Below, in pieces: positions 10,563-17,659 of a DNA stretch of 35,834 nucleotides (its first letter is position 1; every line of letters begins with the position of its first letter). Origin of the DNA: an uncultured Ruminococcus sp. (GTDB taxonomy: Bacteria; Bacillota; Clostridia; Oscillospirales; CAG-272); contig CACXED010000087.1 of NCBI GenBank assembly GCA_902766575.1, positions 1 to 35,834 on the forward strand. Reading direction: 5' to 3'. Both the position numbers and the translations under genes were made by a program. Under the pieces are notes generated by a model, which was given only the letters and a program-made list of their open reading frames with translations, was not told where the DNA came from and made no database searches.

Positions 10563-12605
10563 TTATTTCTTTTTCATATAATCGTCGATAGCGTCCTTGA
10601 GGCTGTTGAGCGCGGAGGTCATCGTGACGTTCTTGAGCAGCGCTCCGGCGGCTTCGTAGTAGCCTCCTCCGCCGATCTTTTCAAGAATGAGCTGGACGTT
10701 GACGTTGCCTGCCGAGCGCGCCGAGATGTGTACGCTGTCGTCGATGTGGACGAGCGCAAAGGACGCCATGACGCCCTCGACCGACAGCAGCTTGTCCGCG
10801 GCTTTGGCTGCGGCGATGCGATCCTGCGGGCTTCCGTCGCCGTCGCTCATCGAGATCGCGAAGATCTGACGGTAGGTGACGACGTTCATCGAGAATTTAG
10901 CCTCGCGCATGAAGTCCTCGAGGTCGGATTTGAAGAAAAGCTGAACCTCGGCGGGGTTAGCTCCCTCGGAGCGCAGGTAGAGCGCCGCGCTGAAGGTTCT
11001 GACGCCGGTGTTGCGCGAGAACTGCTTGGTGTCGAGGAGCATACCGCCGTAGAGCACGTCGGCTTCCTCGCGGTGCAGACTGCCGATCGGCAGCGACTGC
11101 TCGAGGATCTCCGCAACAAGCTCGCAGGTTGACGACGCGGAGGGCTCGATATAGGTTATGACCGGCTGGCGGCTGTAGTCTCCGGTCTTTCTGTGGTGGT
11201 CGATAATCGCTATCGTCCCGACGTTGTCAAAGATATCCGGAGCGGCAAACTGCTGCGGATTGTTGACGTCGACTATGACAAGCAGCGTGTCCGAGTGGAT
11301 CATATCCTGTCCGACGAAGCTGTCGACGAACATATCGGCGTATTCGGGCAGATTTGCGACCCGCTGGATAGCCTGCTTAATGCTCGGGTCGGATCTGTTG
11401 ACGACGATATTCGCCCTGACTCCGCAGAACATCGCGAGCCGCGCGATTCCGACGCAGGCGCCGATCGAGTCGTAATCGGGATTGCGGTGTCCCATGATCA
11501 GCACGTTATGCGCCTTTGCCATATTGAGCGTGAGCTCGTTGGCGATGACTCTTGCGCGGACCTTGGTGCGCTTCTGGACGGTCTTGGTGCGTCCGCCGTA
11601 GAACTCGGTGTTGTGAGCGTTCTTGACGACGACCTGATCGCCTCCGCGCTGAAGCGCGAGGTCGAGCGAGGCGTGAGCGTCGTGATCCTTGACGGCGAGG
11701 GTTCCGTGTACGCGGGAGATGCCTATCGAAACCGTGACCGGCATACTTCCCTCTCCGATCCTGACCTCGCGTATCCGGTCGAGGATATCGAACTTGCGCT
11801 CGATGAACTCGTCGAGATAGCGCGCTTCAAAGATGAAGATGAACTTGTCCCGCTCGTACTCCTTGAGGATTCCGCCGACCGAATCGGCCCACTCCTTGAG
11901 TATCGCCTCTACCTTTGCAGACGCCGAGCGGTATTTTTCCTGCACGAACTGCATCAGCTCGTCGAGGTTGTCGATCATTACGTAGGCGATGATAGTCTCC
12001 TCGTCGGCGAGGCGTTTTGCGAGTCTGCGCTGCTCGGTGCGCTCGTTCCAGACGGTGATGACGTAGTTCTTTCCCTGAGCGGTCATTCGGTAGCCCTTGA
12101 TCCGGAAGATCCGGTCGTAGGCGGTCGCTTCAACGCCGTCCTCCGAGCTGACCTCGACCGCGAGCGACTCGTTTGGCGACGTATCGGCGAGAATCTGTCC
12201 GATATCGGCGCTGCAGATGCTGTCGATATGCTTGGCGTAGAGCACCTCGCGGGGATTGGAGATCTTTATAAAGGCGTTGTTGTACCAGATTATCCTGCCG
12301 TTCTCGTCGCAGATCACGACGGGAAGATAGAGCTTCAGGATAAAATCGAGGGTGATGTTTCCGAGTATCGGCGGCAGCGACTCCTCGTCGGGGGAGGTCA
12401 TCCTGAAGCTGAAGAAGCTGTAGAGCCTGCCCGCAAGATACTGTGCCGGAATATAGAAGATTATCGCCGCCGCTCCGATCACAAACGGATTGAGGCTTGA
12501 AAACCTCGCCGCGAGCGACGCAAGCAGCATGAACAGCGCCGCAAGCGCGGTATTTATGACAAGCTTTGGCGAAACGCCCGGTTTCTTATCGTGTTTTCCG
12601 GTCAT
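10563..12605 (-). CDS. gdpP: GdpP/YybT-type DHH-DHHA1 phosphodiesterase (cyclic-di-AMP phosphodiesterase family)
   Basis: 680 aa with two N-terminal TM helices and a central PAS/degenerate GGDEF-like region. Carries DHH motifs (HRNPDYDSIGA, IIDHH) and a DHHA1 GGGG..AAGA motif. Sits in yybS-gdpP-rplI-dnaB synteny. Confidence 0.9.
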   Translation of the reverse strand: MTGKHDKKPGVSPKLVINTALAALFMLLASLAARFSSLNPFVIGAAAIIFYIPAQYLAGRLYSFFSFRMTSPDEESLPPILGNITLDFILKLYLPVVICDENGRIIWYNNAFIKISNPREVLYAKHIDSICSADIGQILADTSPNESLAVEVSSEDGVEATAYDRIFRIKGYRMTAQGKNYVITVWNERTEQRRLAKRLADEETIIAYVMIDNLDELMQFVQEKYRSASAKVEAILKEWADSVGGILKEYERDKFIFIFEARYLDEFIERKFDILDRIREVRIGEGSMPVTVSIGISRVHGTLAVKDHDAHASLDLALQRGGDQVVVKNAHNTEFYGGRTKTVQKRTKVRARVIANELTLNMAKAHNVLIMGHRNPDYDSIGACVGIARLAMFCGVRANIVVNRSDPSIKQAIQRVANLPEYADMFVDSFVGQDMIHSDTLLVIVDVNNPQQFAAPDIFDNVGTIAIIDHHRKTGDYSRQPVITYIEPSASSTCELVAEILEQSLPIGSLHREEADVLYGGMLLDTKQFSRNTGVRTFSAALYLRSEGANPAEVQLFFKSDLEDFMREAKFSMNVVTYRQIFAISMSDGDGSPQDRIAAAKAADKLLSVEGVMASFALVHIDDSVHISARSAGNVNVQLILEKIGGGGYYEAAGALLKNVTMTSALNSLKDAIDDYMKKK

Positions 12606-12616
12606 ATGGATGTATC

Positions 12617-13828
12617 TTACTCCTTTCTGTCATTGTCGTCGATAAAATAATCGGCCGCGAGCCGGGTGTGGTTCTCGGTCAGAACCGATATGACGCCGAC
12701 CACGGTCAGAAGCACGATCGGGCTCGTCGGAGCCACAAAGAACAGCAGCGCCGACACTGTGATTATCAGACATCCGCGTCCGATACCGCCTATCCGTCCC
12801 GAGCCGCCCGGGTTCATTGCCGGGCTGCCAGTAAAGCAGCAGATCACGCTTCTCACTCCGGCGTAGAAAAAGCAGGGCGTCAGTATCAGCACTATATTGT
12901 ATATCGCCGTCGTGAAGGGCAGCGCGCTGCCGAGCCCGCCGAGCAGTATCGTCAGCATATAAGAGATGAGCATAATCGCCGCGCTGACGCTGTCCGGCTC
13001 GATGCGCCAGCCGAGATCTGTCTCGTCGATACGCTTTTCGCCGTTTTCGGACTCGGATATGATAAGCCGTGTGCTCGATGGCAGCAGGCTGTCTATTCCA
13101 AAGCCTTCGGAGAAATATCTCAGCGCGAGAGTCATAAGGTAGGACATCGCAGTCAGCATCGCTCCGACCGAGCCGATCAGCGTTCTTTTAAGCAGATCGA
13201 GAACCGCCTCGATATCCGCGTCGCCGAGGAAAGGTAAGCTCGAATTCCCGTGATCAAAGGTAAGGCTTGAGAGCGCGTCGCCGAGCGGGCTCATGAAATC
13301 GCTCAGCGCCAGTCTGATCGTATCCGCGCCGAGGTCTCCGTAGCGAATGAGCACCTGAAGCCCGGCGCAAAGAGTCCAGAATACCGCCGACGCCGACGCC
13401 GAAGCCATGATCGACTCCGAGCGGCTCTTTTTTTCTCTCACCGTCAGCCAGATCGGAATAGCGGCAACGGTAGGATAGAGCGCGGTCAGCGCGTCAGCGG
13501 CTGCTCTGAGCGCCGAAAGCCCTCCGACCGTGAGATCGCAGACAAACGCGGCGAGATATGCGGCGGCTCCCGGCAGAAACGCAGTCGGCGTAAGTCGCCT
13601 GCTCGTGTATCCGAGCGCGAGAGCCGTCTCAAACGCTCCGGCGAGCACCGATCCGGCAAGTCCGAAAAATCCCGACATATCGCGCCAGAACGATACTCCG
13701 GCAATAAAAGACAGCAGATACAGGATCGCCCGCGGCATGGATGCGGGTCTTTCCAAAGCTCTTTCAAGTGGTCTTTCCTGAGCAGTCCGATTGTTCCTGC
13801 CGGTATCGGTTCCCATAATTATGACCAT
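12617..13828 (-). CDS. YybS-like (DUF2232-type) polytopic membrane protein
   Basis: 403 aa and highly hydrophobic. It lies immediately upstream of gdpP (11-nt gap), as yybS does in Bacillus. The start codon is uncertain because of the hairpin between SD and ATG. Confidence 0.75.
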   Translation of the reverse strand: MVIIMGTDTGRNNRTAQERPLERALERPASMPRAILYLLSFIAGVSFWRDMSGFFGLAGSVLAGAFETALALGYTSRRLTPTAFLPGAAAYLAAFVCDLTVGGLSALRAAADALTALYPTVAAIPIWLTVREKKSRSESIMASASASAVFWTLCAGLQVLIRYGDLGADTIRLALSDFMSPLGDALSSLTFDHGNSSLPFLGDADIEAVLDLLKRTLIGSVGAMLTAMSYLMTLALRYFSEGFGIDSLLPSSTRLIISESENGEKRIDETDLGWRIEPDSVSAAIMLISYMLTILLGGLGSALPFTTAIYNIVLILTPCFFYAGVRSVICCFTGSPAMNPGGSGRIGGIGRGCLIITVSALLFFVAPTSPIVLLTVVGVISVLTENHTRLAADYFIDDNDRKE

Positions 13829-13993
13829 GACTTCGCGTCAGCGAAGTCTTCCTTTCTTTGTCGATGTTTTGCGGCGGTTTCGCGTCAGCGAAATCGAGGC
13901 CGCTTGCCTCGAAGCCACAAAACTCGTGGTCTGAAAAATTTATTTTTCAGACCTCCGCCGCCTCCGATCGTCCGCAAAATCCGATATTACATT
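13829..13993 (-). promoter_or_regulatory. structured 5' leader of the yybS-gdpP-rplI-dnaB operon (five stem-loops)
   Basis: Hairpins read directly from the sequence: 13829-13848, 13878-13893, 13894-13912, 13915-13929 and 13928-13953. A possible closing helix pairs 13866-13877 with 13955-13961 or 13972-13979. Confidence 0.45.
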
Positions 13994-14022
13994 ATTATAT
14001 CATCTTTTGACGCGTATGTCTA
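13994..14022 (-). promoter_or_regulatory. sigma-70-like promoter for the yybS operon
   Basis: Minus strand reads TAGACA, a 17-nt spacer, then TATAAT (-35 at 14022-14017, -10 at 13999-13994). Confidence 0.45.
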
Positions 14023-14072
14023 TACTAATCGAAATAATTTTGCGTAAATTTTTTGTTCCGAGGTAAAAAGGC

Positions 14073-15209
14073 TCAGACGTGATCGGCGCTGTCGATGAAC
14101 AGCGGCAGCGGGAACCACGAGGACGCGAGTCCGCTCTGCATCCGCTTCGGCGAGACGAGCCCGAAGAAATACGCGACCGCTTCCCGGTGATCGAGAGCGA
14201 TCTCTCTGCCGTGGGATTCGGTGATAAGCGCTTTTCCGTCCCTGACCGTGATCCCGAACGCCTCGTCTCCCGCGACGCCGTGTACGAGGAAGGAGAGCTC
14301 GCCGTCGGCAAGCCCGGCAGTTTCGGCTTTCAGTCTCAGAAAGGCTCCGACGACCTTTTTCCAGTGGAAAACCGTGTAGTTCTGATCGTTGACCATACGC
14401 ACGTCGTCGCAGATGCGCTCGGCGGCGGATATCAGCTCAGACTCTCCGAGCGGCAGCTTCAGCGACGCCGAGCCGCGCTTATCGACATAGCATCTGACCA
14501 CCCGGTCGAAATCCTTTATGTCGGCGAGGGTCAGCTCGTCGAGCCGGTCGATGAAATAGCCGACAAAGCGCTCGCCGTCAACTATCGCAAAGAGCTTTTT
14601 GCTCCACGAACGGGCGACGTCGAGAAAGCTCTCGCGCGAGCGGAGCATATGCAGCGGCTTCTTTGAATGGAGCGCAAAAATTCTGTCGAGCAGTTGATCG
14701 TCGGGATCGGTGATCTCGACAAACCCGAGCGGCTCGAGCGGCACTCCGGCAAAGGAGTGGCGCAGACAGGTGTGATTCAGCTCAAAGACGCAGACCGGCG
14801 AAGCTACCTCGTAGGAGAAATAGCCGTAGCGCTGTCTCAGCCCGCCGAGGTCGGAGATATCGACGCCGTCGGCTATCATGTCCCTGACCGCCCTGCCGAG
14901 CAGCTCGCGCATATAGCCCTTTGAGCGCGAGTAAGGGTGTACCGCTACGTTGCCGACGCCGGTGACTTTCAGCGTCTCGCCCATGACGTCGAGCTCCCGC
15001 GGGAAAACGCCGATTGCCGCCTTGAGCTTTCCGTCCTCGGTCACGACGTAGTTGTTCTCGCAGGGATGATATTCGGGCTTGTAGAGCTTTGGCAGGAGCT
15101 TTATAAAATCCCTGTCGTTTCCGTTGAAGCCGAAAACATAGTTGATGAAATCGACGAAATCGGCGTGCATCGAGGCGTTTCCGCGTCCCTTGTAGATGTT
15201 ATCAGACAT
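14073..15209 (-). CDS. Eis-like GNAT family N-acetyltransferase (GNAT plus SCP2-like C-terminal domain)
   Basis: 378 aa. The acetyl-CoA-binding-type segment VGNVAVHPYSRSKGYMRELL and the overall size match Eis-type GNATs. The start overlaps the ogt stop (AATGTCTGA). Confidence 0.8.
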   Translation of the reverse strand: MSDNIYKGRGNASMHADFVDFINYVFGFNGNDRDFIKLLPKLYKPEYHPCENNYVVTEDGKLKAAIGVFPRELDVMGETLKVTGVGNVAVHPYSRSKGYMRELLGRAVRDMIADGVDISDLGGLRQRYGYFSYEVASPVCVFELNHTCLRHSFAGVPLEPLGFVEITDPDDQLLDRIFALHSKKPLHMLRSRESFLDVARSWSKKLFAIVDGERFVGYFIDRLDELTLADIKDFDRVVRCYVDKRGSASLKLPLGESELISAAERICDDVRMVNDQNYTVFHWKKVVGAFLRLKAETAGLADGELSFLVHGVAGDEAFGITVRDGKALITESHGREIALDHREAVAYFFGLVSPKRMQSGLASSWFPLPLFIDSADHV

Positions 15210-15666
15210 TTCTGTACTTCCTTTCGAGTTCGAGCAGTAGTTTTTTCATTCCGATACCTCCCGCGTATCCGCCGGGAGAGCCGTCCGAGCGTATCACCCG
15301 ATGGCAGGGTACGAATATCCAGATCGGATTTGAGCCGACCGACTGTCCGACCGCCCGTGCGGCGCGGGGATTTCCGACAGCCCGGGCGAGCTCGCCATAG
15401 CTCGCGGTCGAGCCGTAGGGGATGTCGAGCAGCGCGTCTCTGACCTTTCCGGCGAACTCTCCGCGAACCGGAGCGAGCGGGAGATCAAAGCTCCTCCGGC
15501 TGCCGCCGAGATACTCGCAGAGCTCCCCTGCGGCGAGTCTGCCGAGCTCCGAGCCGGATTTTGCGCCGGGTACAGGCTCGCCTGTCCTCAGCGAGGTTAT
15601 GAAGCTGTCGGTACAGCCGATAACAAAGCTCAGATTATGGAAATTGACAAAAGTGAAGCTCTCCAT
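15202..15666 (-). CDS. ogt: methylated-DNA--protein-cysteine methyltransferase
   Basis: Active-site PCHRVI and the helix-turn-helix-like IPYGSTASYGELA segment. I chose ATG at 15666 (MESFTF...). The track start at 15729 is a TTG lying inside the predicted -35 box. Confidence 0.9.
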   Translation of the reverse strand: MESFTFVNFHNLSFVIGCTDSFITSLRTGEPVPGAKSGSELGRLAAGELCEYLGGSRRSFDLPLAPVRGEFAGKVRDALLDIPYGSTASYGELARAVGNPRAARAVGQSVGSNPIWIFVPCHRVIRSDGSPGGYAGGIGMKKLLLELERKYRNV

Positions 15667-15683
15667 TTCTGACCATACCCTTT

Positions 15684-15721
15684 CGCGGGAATTCACAATT
15701 ATTATCACATATATTCCCGCG
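15684..15721. promoter_or_regulatory. perfect 9-bp inverted repeat bracketing the ogt -10 box (candidate operator)
   Basis: CGCGGGAAT (15684-15692) and ATTCCCGCG (15713-15721) are exact reverse complements separated by 20 nt. Confidence 0.35.
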
Positions 15722-15729
15722 CTTGTCAA
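15701..15729 (-). promoter_or_regulatory. sigma-70-like promoter for ogt-GNAT
   Basis: Minus strand reads TTGACA, a 17-nt spacer, then GATAAT. Confidence 0.55.
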
Positions 15730-15748
15730 GAGTTTTTTTGATTATATG

Positions 15749-15777
15749 TTGACAAATCCTCGCCGCGGGGTTATAAT
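15749..15777 (+). promoter_or_regulatory. consensus sigma-70 promoter for barnase-barstar
   Basis: Exact TTGACA (15749-15754), a 17-nt spacer, then TATAAT (15772-15777). Confidence 0.7.
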
Positions 15778-15807
15778 TTATAATAAGAAAACGAAAGGAA
15801 TAACGAA

Positions 15808-16413
15808 ATGCGAAAATTCAGAATAACCGGCTTCATCGCCCTGATGCTCGCCGCGCTGACAGCGCTCGGCGCGTTTGGCTGCGGGATGGAGCAGGTCTCG
15901 GACGCGCTCGACATCGCGGGAGATATAGTCTCCATACTCGCCGACGATACCTCAACTGAGACGACCGAAGCCGATGAAACCCTGTCGGAGCCGACAACCT
16001 CCGCGCCTGAGACGGATATACCCGAGACGTCTCTGCAAGCCCCGGAGGAAACCGAAGCGCCGATCGACGAGGACGGCTCGTACAGCTCAAAGGAGGACGT
16101 GGCGCTCTACATCCATACCTTCGGGCGTCTGCCGGGGAACTTCATCACCAAAACCGAGGCGCGCGCGCTCGGCTGGAGCGGCGGCTCGCTCGAGGAATAC
16201 GCCAAGGGCTGCGCCATCGGCGGGGACAGCTTTGGAAACCGCGAGGGTCTGCTCCCGTCTAAAAAGGGACGGAGCTACACCGAGTGCGATATCGACACGG
16301 TCGGCGCCGACTCGAGAGGAGCAAAGCGGATAGTTTTCTCAAACGACGGGCTGATCTACTACACCGACGACCACTACGAGAGCTTCACGCTTCTCTACGG
16401 AGAGGAGAATTGA
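15808..16413 (+). CDS. secreted barnase-family (N1/T1-type) ribonuclease with signal/lipobox-like N-terminus
   Basis: The C-terminal ~110 aa align by eye with B. amyloliquefaciens barnase (LPGNFITKTEARALGW, GGDSFGNREGLLP, YTECDI, RIVFSNDGLIYYTDDHYESFTLL). The N-terminus MRKFRITGFIALMLAALTALGAFGCG is followed by an acidic T/E/P-rich linker. SD GAAAGGAA is present. Confidence 0.9.
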   Translation: MRKFRITGFIALMLAALTALGAFGCGMEQVSDALDIAGDIVSILADDTSTETTEADETLSEPTTSAPETDIPETSLQAPEETEAPIDEDGSYSSKEDVALYIHTFGRLPGNFITKTEARALGWSGGSLEEYAKGCAIGGDSFGNREGLLPSKKGRSYTECDIDTVGADSRGAKRIVFSNDGLIYYTDDHYESFTLLYGEEN

Positions 16414-16414
16414 C

Positions 16415-16669
16415 ATGAATATTGTAATTCTCGACGCAAAAAAGCTGACCTCCAAGGGCGAAGCGCACGAGTATCTAAGGCGTATGTTCGGCTTTCCCGA
16501 CTGGTACGGAAAAAATCTCGACGCGCTCTATGACTGCCTCGGCGATCTGCCAAACGGAACTGTCGTGATGGTCAATGGCGTCGACGAGCTCACCGACTAC
16601 GCCGGGCGTGTGCTCGGAGTTATCGAGGAAGCCGCCGGAAACGGGGCTCTGCGTCTGATAAAAAAATGA
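16415..16669 (+). CDS. barstar (barnase inhibitor)
   Basis: 84 aa. FGFPDWYGKNLDALYDCL matches the barstar motif PEYYGENLDALWDCL. The ATG lies 1 nt after the barnase TGA. Confidence 0.9.
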   Translation: MNIVILDAKKLTSKGEAHEYLRRMFGFPDWYGKNLDALYDCLGDLPNGTVVMVNGVDELTDYAGRVLGVIEEAAGNGALRLIKK

Positions 16670-16692
16670 CCGGAAAACGGTCATTTTTCTTT
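16667..16692 (+). terminator. rho-independent terminator after barstar
   Basis: TGACCG-gaaaa-CGGTCA followed by TTTTTCTTT. The stem includes the stop codon. Confidence 0.6.
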
Positions 16693-16770
16693 CGTTCATC
16701 TTTTGACGCGAATATTTTTACAAAGCGGAAATATTTCAGCCCTCGCGCCCGACGAGAAATTTTCGGTTTG

Positions 16771-16801
16771 TTCACTCATTTTCCGCGATATGTGGTATAA
16801 T
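16771..16801 (+). promoter_or_regulatory. extended -10 promoter for ispD
   Basis: TGgTATAAT at 16793-16801. The -35 is weak (TTCACT / CACTCA). Confidence 0.45.
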
Positions 16802-16841
16802 ATAGTAGAAGTCCACACGTCTCACAAAGGATTGATGCAAT

Positions 16842-17609
16842 TTGAAGATAAGCGCAAGAGATATAGCCTCGCTCGTGAGATCGCTCTCAAAGAGCGCGAA
16901 CACTCACCATTTCACCTCCGCGATAATCGCCGCTGCCGGAAGCGGCACGCGCATGAACACCTCCGGCACGACAAAGCAGCTGCTGACGCTCTGCGGCATA
17001 CCGGTGATAGTCCGGACGCTGCTGGCTTTTGAGAGCTGCCCGCTGATAGACGAGATCATCGTCGCCGCAAGGCCGGACGAGATCCCGATCTATGAAAAAT
17101 TCCGCGAGGAATACCCGCTTAAAAAGTTAGCCGCGGTCGTCGAGGGCGGAGAGACCCGGCAGGAGTCGGTGCTGCGCGGCTTTGAGTCGATCTCGGACAG
17201 GTCGGAGTTTGTCGCGATACACGACGGAGCGCGCTGTCTCGTAACTCCGGATATGATCGAAAGAGTTCTCCGCGCCGCCTACAGCCACGGAGCCGCTACC
17301 GCCGCCTGCCACGTCAGCGACACGGTCAAGCGCGCGGATTCCAAGGGCTTCGCCGAGGAGACCATCGACCGGAGCACGCTCTGGCTCGCGCAGACGCCGC
17401 AGGTTTTCAAGACCGAGCTCTACCGCGCCGCAGCCTATGTTGCAAAGGACGAGGGCTTTTCCGCGACCGACGACAATATGCTCGCCGAGCACATCGGCTA
17501 TCCGGTCAAGCTCGTCGACTGCGGGACTGACAACATCAAGCTCACAACTCCCGCCGACCTCGCCGTCGCCGAGGTGCTGCTGCGAAAGACCGAGAACCCT
17601 GAAAACTGA
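16842..17609 (+). CDS. ispD: 2-C-methyl-D-erythritol 4-phosphate cytidylyltransferase
   Basis: AIIAAAGSGTRM nucleotide-binding motif. The TTG start at 16842 lies 10 nt after AAAGGA. The exact start is uncertain and a shorter N-terminus is possible. Confidence 0.88.
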   Translation: MKISARDIASLVRSLSKSANTHHFTSAIIAAAGSGTRMNTSGTTKQLLTLCGIPVIVRTLLAFESCPLIDEIIVAARPDEIPIYEKFREEYPLKKLAAVVEGGETRQESVLRGFESISDRSEFVAIHDGARCLVTPDMIERVLRAAYSHGAATAACHVSDTVKRADSKGFAEETIDRSTLWLAQTPQVFKTELYRAAAYVAKDEGFSATDDNMLAEHIGYPVKLVDCGTDNIKLTTPADLAVAEVLLRKTENPEN

Positions 17610-17611
17610 AC

Positions 17612-17656
17612 AAAAATCACCGACTGACAGTTCTGCCAGCCGGTGAGCTTTTTTTG
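17612..17656. terminator. bidirectional terminator between convergent ispD and the SBP gene
   Basis: TCACCGaCTG ... CAGcCGGTGA stem (17617-17646), flanked by AAAAA upstream and TTTTTTT downstream. Confidence 0.65.
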
Positions 17657-17659
17657 AGA

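Noticed and set aside
13857-13993. Idea that the leader upstream of gdpP is a ydaO-type c-di-AMP riboswitch.
   Set aside because: I could not find the pseudo-twofold architecture or the conserved ACGGGG/CCCGA-like cores I remember for that class. It is reported only as an unclassified structured leader.
15667-15729. N-terminal extensions in the track that begin at TTG codons: ogt to 15729, SBP to 19159, AraC to 28135.
   Set aside because: The TTG starts fall inside or next to predicted promoter elements and lack an SD. Downstream ATGs (15666, 19144, 28117) have proper SD spacing and give sensible N-termini or signal peptides.
16703-17032. 109-aa ORF, with an internal ATG at 16835, overlapping the ispD start.
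   Set aside because: The ATG lies only 3 nt after the SD and the product is basic low-complexity sequence. The ispD frame (TTG 16842) contains the AIIAAAGSGTRM motif.
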